A DNA stretch of 32,000 nucleotides, from assembly GCF_017876815.1 (NCBI RefSeq), contig NZ_JAGIOS010000001.1, positions 3,720,001-3,752,000 on the forward strand, given 5' to 3'. The translations under genes and the position numbers were made by a program. Below the pieces are notes generated by a model that searched no databases, was not told the DNA's origin, and saw only the letters and a program-made list of their open reading frames with translations. Below, in pieces: positions 12,247-19,348 of the stretch; position 1 is the first letter of the stretch; every line of letters starts with the position of its first letter. Source of the DNA: Sinorhizobium meliloti (GTDB lineage Bacteria; Pseudomonadota; Alphaproteobacteria; Rhizobiales; Rhizobiaceae).

Positions 12247-13122
12247 ATGAGCAAGGACAAGACCGGCGACAAGAGCGCCAGAGACACCCATTATGCAAAT
12301 CTCCGCCGTGCGCACCGGGACGCAAGGCGCGAACGCGGGGAGATTCCAACCCCGCGTCAGGACAAGCGCGGAAAGCCGCCCGCCGACTGGAAGCCGCCGG
12401 CACTCGCCCCGGACCAGGTGCTCCTCTACGGCCTGCACACGGTCCGCGCAGCCCTCGACAATCCGGAACGCCGCATCATCCGCCTCTCGGTCACGCAGAA
12501 CGCCGCCGCACGCCTGGATCTCGGAGATCTCACGGCGCTCCCCTTCCCGACCGAGACTGTAACGCCGCAGGAACTCGACCGCATACTCGGGCCCGATGCC
12601 ATTCACCAGGGAGTGATGCTGGAGACGCAGCCTCTGCCGCACCGCAAGCTCGAGGCTCTTCGCGACTGCCCCTTGATTCTCGTTCTCGATCAGGTGACCG
12701 ACCCCCACAATGTCGGAGCGATCATGCGCTCGGCGGTCGCCTTCGACGCAGGCGCACTCATTACGACGATGCGCCACAGTCCGACCGAATCGGGTGTTTT
12801 GGCGAAATCGGCCTCGGGTGCGCTGGAACTCATTCCTTATATCCAGATCACCAATCTCGCCGACACCCTCGAAGAGCTCCACGAGCTCGGCTTCATGACG
12901 ATCGGCCTCGATTCCGAGGGGCCGCAGGCGCTCGAAGGCACATTCGCCGGCGACAAGATCGCGCTCGTGCTCGGATCGGAGGGCAAGGGCCTGCGCCAGA
13001 AGACGCGGCAGACGGTCAAGGCGCTCGCCCGGCTCGACATGCCCGGCGCGATCAAGTCGCTGAACGTGTCGAATGCCGCCGCCATCGCGATGTACGCGGC
13101 GAGACATCATCTTAAGGGATAG
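12247..13122 (+). CDS. rlmB: 23S rRNA (guanosine-2'-O)-methyltransferase, SpoU/TrmH family (RlmB-like)
   Basis: The 291-aa product carries SpoU motifs DPHNVGAIMRSA, LVLGSEGKGLR and SLNVSNAAAIAMY. It has a basic N-terminal extension. Confidence 0.88.
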   Translation: MSKDKTGDKSARDTHYANLRRAHRDARRERGEIPTPRQDKRGKPPADWKPPALAPDQVLLYGLHTVRAALDNPERRIIRLSVTQNAAARLDLGDLTALPFPTETVTPQELDRILGPDAIHQGVMLETQPLPHRKLEALRDCPLILVLDQVTDPHNVGAIMRSAVAFDAGALITTMRHSPTESGVLAKSASGALELIPYIQITNLADTLEELHELGFMTIGLDSEGPQALEGTFAGDKIALVLGSEGKGLRQKTRQTVKALARLDMPGAIKSLNVSNAAAIAMYAARHHLKG

Positions 13123-13396
13123 GAGCCGACGGGACGATCGTCACGGCGAGCCCCGCCGTCGGGCAGCCGTCCTGCAATCTTTTCCATGTCGTGACGTTGA
13201 GGTTCATTTCGCAGCGCGCGAGATAGGAGATATCGCCGATGCGGATGCAGGCAGTCTGCCCGAGTTCGTATTTCGCTCCGTCGCGGTGTCGGCAGGTGCA
13301 ACGCCCGCCCGGCGCAGACGCGGAAACACTTCCGGCCACCAGGGCGACGGCCGCGAGCGACAACGCCAGAAACCGCAGGGCGCGCACGCATTTCAT
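13112..13396 (-). CDS. Small secreted Cys-containing hypothetical protein
   Basis: The 94-aa product has a clear signal peptide, MKCVRALRFLALSLAAVALVAGSVSASA. The mature part has 5 Cys. Third codon positions are GC-rich, as in neighbouring genes. Its 3' end overlaps the rlmB 3' end by 11 nt in convergent orientation. Confidence 0.6.
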   Translation of the reverse strand: MKCVRALRFLALSLAAVALVAGSVSASAPGGRCTCRHRDGAKYELGQTACIRIGDISYLARCEMNLNVTTWKRLQDGCPTAGLAVTIVPSAPIP

Positions 13397-13434
13397 GCCC
13401 GACAGAATAGCGCAGTTTCGACCCGATCAGAAAC

Positions 13435-13470
13435 GGAGAATGCCGGCTGATCGCTCGGCCGGCATCCTCC
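13435..13470 (-). terminator. Long hairpin downstream of azoR (candidate terminator)
   Basis: GGAGAATGCCGGC (13435-13447) pairs with GCCGGCATCCTCC (13458-13470), giving 13 bp with one mismatch. A second stem, CCGGCG/CGCCGG, lies at 13479-13496. The U-tract is weak. Confidence 0.4.
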
Positions 13471-13504
13471 GCAACGAACCGGCGCCACAGCGCCGGCCGA
13501 ATGG

Positions 13505-14125
13505 TTAGCTCGCGAGCTTCAGAACGTTGCCCTCGGCAATCGTCTTTTCGGCTTCGGCGATGGCGAACTGCTTCTGGTCGGGGCCGAGATTCAGGCCCTC
13601 TGCGCGGATGAACTCGATGTCCGTTATGCCGAAGAAACCGAAGACCGACCGCAGATAGGTTTCCTGGTGGTCCATGGCGGAAGCCGGGGCGACCGAATAA
13701 TGACCGCCACGGGTGGAGGCGACGATCAGCTTCTTGCCCTTGGCGAGGCCTTCCGGTCCTGCTTCGGTGTAGCGGAAGGTTTTGCCGGCAACGGCCAAGC
13801 GGTCGATCCACGCCTTGAGCTGGCTCGGGATCGAGAAGTTGTACATCGGCGCACCGACGACGACCGTGTCGGCAGCCAGGAATTCCTCGAGCATCTGGCG
13901 GCCGATGCGAACATCAGCGGCCAAAAGGGCGTCGACACCTTCGAGATCTGCAGGCGCCATGATCTGTGCGCCGGTCAGGTGCGGAACGCGTTCGGATGCG
14001 AGATCCCGATAGGTGATCTCCGCATCGGGCCGGTCGGCCTTGAGCTGCGAGACGATTGCCGATGTCAGGCGGCGGGAGACGGAGTGTTCGCCGAGAATGC
14101 CGGAGTCGATGTGAAGGATTTTCAT
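13505..14125 (-). CDS. azoR: FMN-dependent NADH-azoreductase (AcpD/AzoR family)
   Basis: The protein reads MKILHIDSGILGEHSVSRRLT...GAPMYNFSIPSQLKAWIDR... The ATG at 14125 is preceded by AAGGTG. The track ORF begins 9 nt upstream at a GTG. Confidence 0.9.
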   Translation of the reverse strand: MKILHIDSGILGEHSVSRRLTSAIVSQLKADRPDAEITYRDLASERVPHLTGAQIMAPADLEGVDALLAADVRIGRQMLEEFLAADTVVVGAPMYNFSIPSQLKAWIDRLAVAGKTFRYTEAGPEGLAKGKKLIVASTRGGHYSVAPASAMDHQETYLRSVFGFFGITDIEFIRAEGLNLGPDQKQFAIAEAEKTIAEGNVLKLAS

Positions 14126-14209
14126 GGGAAGCACCTTTGCTTACGTTGCGGTGCATCACATATGATCTGCAAACAATCCTTCGATAAGTCAGCGAATATT
14201 TGACATTCC

Positions 14210-14225
14210 GTTTCCCCAGGGAAAC
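14210..14225. promoter_or_regulatory. Palindrome in the azoR/LysR divergent spacer (candidate LysR operator)
   Basis: GTTTCCC-CA-GGGAAAC is a 7-bp perfect inverted repeat, centred about 92 nt from the azoR ATG and about 115 nt from the lysR ATG. Confidence 0.3.
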
Positions 14226-14331
14226 AATTCGGCATATATCGCGAACAGGTGGCCGCCTGGGCTCTAATCGTCGCCTCCAATGGACGACGAGCTGCACCGA
14301 TCGTCGATACCGCCTTTGATGGGAGGCACTC

Positions 14332-15273
14332 ATGCAGGATCTCAACGATATCGCGCTCTTCGCCGCAGTCGTCAAACACAACGGCTTCAGCGCCGCCGCG
14401 CGCGACCTGAACGTGCCGAAATCCAAGCTCAGCAAACATGTCGCACGCCTGGAGGAGCAATTGGGCGTGCGTCTGCTCGAGCGCTCGACGCGCAAGCTTC
14501 GGATGACCGAGGTCGGCCGCATCTTCTACGAGCACGCCCAGGGATTGCTCGACGGCGTGGCCGCAGCCGAAGCCGAGATCGCCGCAGTGCGCGCCGAGCC
14601 GACGGGCGTCGTCCGGCTCGCATGTCCTATCGGCTTCACACCGATGCTCGCCGACATCCTGCCCGCCTTCCACCGCCGATATCCGGGCGTCCGCCTGCTG
14701 ATCACCGCCTCCAACCGGCGGATCGATCTCATCGAGGAACGGATCGACGTGGCCTTGCGCGCGCGCGACCAGCTCGACACCGACAGCCAGCTCATCGTCC
14801 GCAAATTCGGCGAGGTGCGCCAACGCCTCGCCGCCAGCCCGACGCTTCTCGCGCGCCTCGGCGGGATCACGACCGACAATCTTTCGCAAATGCCGACGCT
14901 GTCGATGAACGAACAGCACCCCAATGATGTCTGGCGGCTCGTACACGCAACCGGGGGAGCAATCGAGATCGCTCACCGGCCCGTCGTCGGCTGCAGCGAT
15001 TTTCTCATCCTCGAACGCGCGGCCATCGAAGGCATGGGCATAGCGCTGCTGCCCGACCATATTTGCGAGCGCGCCTTCCGAACCGGCGCCCTCGTTCCGG
15101 TCCTGCCGGAGTGGACCTCCGGCAACGTCATGGTCCACCTCGTCTTCCCCTCGCGCCACGGCCTGCTGCCCGCGACCCGCGCCCTCATCGACTTTCTGGC
15201 GGAAAATCTGATCAAGGCGCTGGAGCGCTGCCGCGAGGTCGATCCGAGGCCAGCGGCATCGTTTGAGATTTGA
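14332..15273 (+). CDS. LysR-family transcriptional regulator
   Basis: The 313-aa product has an N-terminal wHTH, MQDLNDIALFAAVVKHNGFSAAARDLNVPKSKLSKHVARLEEQLGVRLLERSTRKL. It is divergent from azoR. Confidence 0.93.
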   Translation: MQDLNDIALFAAVVKHNGFSAAARDLNVPKSKLSKHVARLEEQLGVRLLERSTRKLRMTEVGRIFYEHAQGLLDGVAAAEAEIAAVRAEPTGVVRLACPIGFTPMLADILPAFHRRYPGVRLLITASNRRIDLIEERIDVALRARDQLDTDSQLIVRKFGEVRQRLAASPTLLARLGGITTDNLSQMPTLSMNEQHPNDVWRLVHATGGAIEIAHRPVVGCSDFLILERAAIEGMGIALLPDHICERAFRTGALVPVLPEWTSGNVMVHLVFPSRHGLLPATRALIDFLAENLIKALERCREVDPRPAASFEI

Positions 15274-15388
15274 TGATGTTGCTTCGTACCTCCCGCCCGT
15301 ATCCGCCTCGAAGCCAAGGCATTCTCAAGGCGCAGAGGGCGCCGGTGATCGGTATGGGGAGGCATTTGGGAAACCCGGAGACTTCAAG

Positions 15389-15814
15389 ATGAGTAACGCG
15401 CTTGTGCCAGAGTTCGCTGTCTCCGATTGGCAGGCTTCCAAAGAATTCTACTGTAATATCCTCGGTTTCTCGTGCGACCACGAACGGCCGGAAGAGGGCT
15501 TTTGTTATCTAAGTCTGGACGGCGCGGAACTCATGATTGATCAGATCGGCACGGGGCGTACCTTCGAGGACGGCCACCTTCCGCAAAGTTATCCCTTTGG
15601 AAAGGGGCTGAACGTCCAAATTCGGGTTGCCTCAGCCGACGCCCTGGTCCGAGCATTGACCGACAGGGGAATCGCGCTCTACCTCCCCCTCGAAGAACGC
15701 TGGTATCGAAGGGGTGAGGAAGAGGTCGGCAATCGCCAGTTCGTGGTCGCGGATCCCGACGGATACTTGCTACGGTTCTATGAGCCTTTGGGGCGCCGCC
15801 CCCGAACTTCATGA
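15389..15814 (+). CDS. VOC (glyoxalase/bleomycin-resistance fold) family protein
   Basis: The internal ATG at 15389 is preceded by GGAG. The protein reads MSNALVPEFAVSDWQASKEFYCNILGF...FVVADPDGYLLRFYE and is 141 aa. Confidence 0.8.
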   Translation: MSNALVPEFAVSDWQASKEFYCNILGFSCDHERPEEGFCYLSLDGAELMIDQIGTGRTFEDGHLPQSYPFGKGLNVQIRVASADALVRALTDRGIALYLPLEERWYRRGEEEVGNRQFVVADPDGYLLRFYEPLGRRPRTS

Positions 15815-15988
15815 GGCTGCTTCTCATCTTGGCCCGCTGAAGCGGAGTTCAGCAGGGCCATATGAGAGCCTGTTGGCCCTAGTACGCTGCCGAACCAGAC
15901 AAATCGGCGAAACGATTTGCCGCATCTCCAATTCCGAGTGCGGGATCAACACCAAAACCGAAGCAAAAATAACCGCGAAAAAGAGATA

Positions 15989-16064
15989 TGGTGCCCCCAG
16001 AGAGACTCGAACTCCCGACCTACTGATTACAAATCAGCCGCTCTACCAACTGAGCTATAAGGGC
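15989..16064 (-). tRNA. tRNA-Thr (anticodon UGU)
   Basis: The reverse complement is GCCCTTATAGCTCAGTTGGTAGAGCGGCTGATTTGTAATCAGTAGGTCGGGAGTTCGAGTCTCTCTGGGGGCACCA. It is 76 nt with anticodon loop UUUGUAA. A T-rich tract follows on the minus strand. Confidence 0.96.
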
Positions 16065-16257
16065 ATATTAGCGCTGGGAGTTACCATATTCTCCCCCGGT
16101 GTAAAGCAAAAATGCAGCTTCTCCCAATTTTTCGGATGCGTTCGCGCCGAGGCCGTGCCAGAAAAAGCGACCGTGGCGTCTACAGCGCCGCCCGCCTAAA
16201 TTGATGTGAAAACAAGCGGAAGCGCCCCGCCCCCGCAATGACAGACGGACTGAGTTC

Positions 16258-17031
16258 ATGGCCCGCAAGTTCAACTCCCTTGCCTTCATCGCATCGCCGG
16301 CGGAGGAAGCGCAGAAGGCGGCCGAGGATCTCCGGGCCGTCTATGGGGATCATGATCCGGACAAGGCCGACGTGATCGTTGCGCTGGGCGGCGACGGCTT
16401 CATGCTGCACACGCTGCACAGGACGATGAATACCGGCAAGCTCGTCTACGGGATGAACCGCGGCTCGGTCGGGTTCCTGATGAACCGCTACAGCACCGAG
16501 AACCTGCATCAGCGAATCGCCAATGCCGACGAAAACGCATTTCATCCGCTCGAAATGCGCACAACGGACGTCAACGGCGATAAGTTCACCGCGCTTGCCA
16601 TCAACGAGGTTTACCTTTTTCGCCAGTCCTACCAGGCCGCGAAGCTGAAGGTCATGGTGGACGGAAAGACGCGGCTCGACGAATTGACCTGCGACGGGCT
16701 GCTTCTGGCAACGCCTGCGGGCTCCACCGCCTATAATCTTTCTGCGCACGGGCCGATCCTGCCGTTGGAAGCGCCGCTTCTGGCGCTGACGCCCGTCAGC
16801 CCCTTCCGGCCGCGGCGCTGGCGCGGGGCGCTGTTGCCGAATCACGTAACAGTGGACATCGAAATCCTCGAGGCCGACAAGCGACCGGTCAACGCCGTGG
16901 CCGATCACCAGGAAGTCAAGTCCGTCGTGCATGTCCGCATCGCCGAATCGGAGAAGCTCACTGCGCGGATCCTTTCGGATCCGGACCATTCCTGGTCCGA
17001 TCGAATCCTGGCCGAGCAGTTCTCCAATTGA
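16258..17031 (+). CDS. nadK: NAD kinase
   Basis: The 257-aa product carries the GGDG motif (VALGGDGFML) and TPAGSTAYNLSAHGPI. Confidence 0.93.
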   Translation: MARKFNSLAFIASPAEEAQKAAEDLRAVYGDHDPDKADVIVALGGDGFMLHTLHRTMNTGKLVYGMNRGSVGFLMNRYSTENLHQRIANADENAFHPLEMRTTDVNGDKFTALAINEVYLFRQSYQAAKLKVMVDGKTRLDELTCDGLLLATPAGSTAYNLSAHGPILPLEAPLLALTPVSPFRPRRWRGALLPNHVTVDIEILEADKRPVNAVADHQEVKSVVHVRIAESEKLTARILSDPDHSWSDRILAEQFSN

Positions 17032-17117
17032 AATCACACGTTGCACGAGCGATTTGGTATGATCACGGGCGGTAGCGTGCCTCGCGGTCCCGGCGTTCGG
17101 TTGCGAAGGATATCCAC

Positions 17118-17618
17118 ATGCACAAGGCCCTGCTGATAACGCTCTGCCTGACCCTGCCCGCAGGCGGGCTAGGCGCCCAGGAAAGCGACCTCCTGCCCCC
17201 GAATGTCATCTTCGTGACGAGCACGGGCTTTTGGGAGGAGAGCGGCGGCGCGCTGCAGCCGGACGAAAACAGCGACGGCGACAAGAGTGCGAAGTCTGCT
17301 GCGCCCGGGGGACGGCGCGGCTATTATAAACTGATTGCCATTCGACAGGAGGACGGCACCGCGCAGGTCCATCTGCAACAGATCGCCTCAACTCCGACCG
17401 GCCCCGAGGTGGTTTCCTCCGCGGAACTCGAGGAATTCACGGCGCTGAAACCCTATGTCACCGATATTCGCCCCGAAACCTCGACGGGGATCACGCCGCA
17501 GCCGGGCATGTTCGCGACGGTTTATCTGAAGACCGACGCTGGCGCGACCGAGCCCGAGTCCTGGACGGTCCTCATCGATGAGCTCGGCGACATCAAAGTC
17601 GAGCGGGCGACGAATTGA
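17118..17618 (+). CDS. Hypothetical secreted protein
   Basis: The 166-aa product has signal peptide MHKALLITLCLTLPAGGLGAQE. AAGGA lies upstream of the ATG. I recognise no family. Confidence 0.6.
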   Translation: MHKALLITLCLTLPAGGLGAQESDLLPPNVIFVTSTGFWEESGGALQPDENSDGDKSAKSAAPGGRRGYYKLIAIRQEDGTAQVHLQQIASTPTGPEVVSSAELEEFTALKPYVTDIRPETSTGITPQPGMFATVYLKTDAGATEPESWTVLIDELGDIKVERATN

Positions 17619-17644
17619 GGGTTAGATGTGAGCACCGAACTTCG

Positions 17645-17698
17645 CCCCTCATCCGCCTGCCGGCACCTTCTCCCCGCAAGCGGGGCGAAGGGACAAGC
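17645..17698 (+). repeat. REP-like palindromic unit, copy 1
   Basis: The sequence is CCCCTCATCCGCCTGCCGGCACCTTCTCCCCGCAAGCGGGGCGAAGGGACAAGC, with an internal GC-rich hairpin. It matches the reverse complement of 18007-18060 at 52 of 54 positions. Confidence 0.8.
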
Positions 17699-17774
17699 CG
17701 CAAAATCCCAGCCCCCTCTCCATCGTAGAAGGAGCATAGGACGGGCGTAGAAGGAGCACAGGGAGGAACCCGCA

Positions 17775-17789
17775 TGTCCCTTCTCCCCG
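17775..17789 (-). repeat. REP-like half unit
   Basis: TGTCCCTTCTCCCCG equals the left half of the 18007-18060 copy. Confidence 0.5.
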
Positions 17790-17899
17790 TCAGAACGCTA
17801 CGGCATGCACATATCTCTTGCGCGCCGGTGCGGCGGATACTGCTCATGAAAGGGATCCCTCGCGAACCCAACCGCCTCAACCCCGCTCGGTCGGGATTG

Positions 17900-17953
17900 C
17901 CCCTCAACCGGCTGCCGCCACCTTCTCCCCGCAGGCGGGGAGAAGGGATATGC
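17900..17953 (+). repeat. REP-like palindromic unit, copy 2
   Basis: The sequence is CCCCTCAACCGGCTGCCGCCACCTTCTCCCCGCAGGCGGGGAGAAGGGATATGC. It matches copy 1 at 47 of 54 positions. Confidence 0.75.
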
Positions 17954-18006
17954 CGCGCCCACTCGCTCCCTCGGGCGGGCGGTGAATGCGGGGTTCAGTT
18001 GGCGCC

Positions 18007-18060
18007 GCTTGTCCCTTCTCCCCGCCTGCGGGGAGAAGGTGCCGGCAGGCGGATGAGGGG
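18007..18060 (-). repeat. REP-like palindromic unit, copy 3 (inverted)
   Basis: The sequence is GCTTGTCCCTTCTCCCCGCCTGCGGGGAGAAGGTGCCGGCAGGCGGATGAGGGG, the inverted partner of copy 1. Confidence 0.8.
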
Positions 18061-18118
18061 CGGCTTTCAGCGTAGGCCGCACGCCGCGCATGCCCCCTCA
18101 ACACCGGAGCACTGGCAA

Positions 18119-19250
18119 TCAGCTCAGGTCGTCGACGGCCGCATCCGCGCCGCCGCTGACGCGATGCGCAAGGGCTGCCTCCATGAATTCATTCAGTTCA
18201 CCGTCGAGCACGTCGCCCGGGCTGCTGCTTTCGACTCCCGTCCTCAAATCCTTCACCAGCTGGTAGGGCTGCAGGACGTAGGAGCGGATCTGGTGACCCC
18301 AGCCGATATCGGTCTTCGATGCCGCCTCGGCGTTGGCCGCCTCCTCGCGCTTCTTCAGTTCGGCCTCGTAGAGCCGCGCGCGAAGCATGTCCCATGCCTT
18401 GGCGCGGTTCTTGTGCTGCGAGCGTTCCTGCTGGCACTGCACCACGATGCCGCTCGGCATATGCGTGATGCGCACGGCCGAATCGGTCGTATTGACGTGC
18501 TGACCGCCGGCGCCCGAGGAGCGGTAGGTATCGATCCGGCAATCGCTTTCGTTGATGTCGATCTGGATCGATTCGTCCACGACGGGATAGACCCAGATGG
18601 ACGAAAAGGACGTATGACGGCGAGCGTTGCTGTCATACGGAGAAATGCGGACGAGGCGATGCACGCCCGATTCCGTCTTCAGCCAGCCATAGGCATTGTG
18701 CCCCTTGACGAGGAGCGTGGCCGATTTGATGCCCGCTTCTTCCCCGTCCTGGATTTCCATGAGCTCGACCTTGTAGCCCTGGCGTTCGGCCCATCGGGTA
18801 TACATGCGAAGCAGCATGTTCGCCCAGTCCTGGCTTTCCGTGCCGCCGGCGCCCGAATGGACTTCGAGATATGTGTCGTTCTGGTCGGCCTCGCCCGAAA
18901 GCATGGCCTCGACCTGCTTTTTCGCCGCCTCGCCGCGCAGTTGGCGAAGCGCTTCCTCGGCCTCCGCGACGATCGCCGAATCGCCCTCCTCTTCACCGAG
19001 TTCGATGAGCTCGATGTTGTCGTTGAGCTGCTGCTCGAAGCGGCGCAGGCCATTGATGCCGTCATCGAGCTGCTGGCGCTCCCGCATCAGCTTCTGCGCC
19101 TCGGCCGCGTCGTTCCAGAGCGACGGGTCTTCCGCCTTGTTGTTCAACCAGTCCAGTCGTCTTACCGCCTGGTCCCAGTCAAAGATGCCTCCTCAGCAGG
19201 CTTATGGCCTGCTTGATTTCGTCGACGATGTTCTCGATTTCGCTGCGCAT
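18119..19250 (-). CDS. prfB: Peptide chain release factor 2, expressed through a programmed +1 frameshift
   Basis: Frame 0 runs from the ATG at 19250 for 23 codons ([23 protein letters not shown]) to an in-frame TGA at 19181-19179. The +1 frame runs from 19180 into the track ORF 18119-19147, which carries GGQ ([10 protein letters not shown]) and ...[17 protein letters not shown]. Confidence 0.95.
19178..19193 (-). other. RF2 programmed +1 frameshift site
   Basis: The minus strand reads AGGAGG CAT CTT TGA C: an SD-like element, then CUU UGA C. Confidence 0.9.
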
Positions 19251-19294
19251 GATCCTGCTTCTTCAGGTGACTTTTCGAACGTGACGGTCAAATA

Positions 19295-19332
19295 GCGATG
19301 CCCGCCGCCGATGTAAAGGCGACGGGCATTGC
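19295..19332 (-). terminator. Hairpin 17 nt downstream of the PBP1A stop (candidate terminator)
   Basis: The minus RNA reads GCAAUGCCCGUCG-N12-CGGCGGGCAUCGC, giving 13 positions with one A.C mismatch and one G.U pair. It is followed by UAUUUGACC. Confidence 0.4.
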
Positions 19333-19348
19333 GTGCAATGGAAAGGGT

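Noticed and set aside
17645-18060. Possible CRISPR array, because of the repeated units of about 54 nt.
   Set aside because: The units are in mixed orientation and irregularly spaced (201 and 53 nt gaps). Each is itself palindromic with a conserved tail. No cas genes are present. This is REP/BIME-like, not CRISPR.
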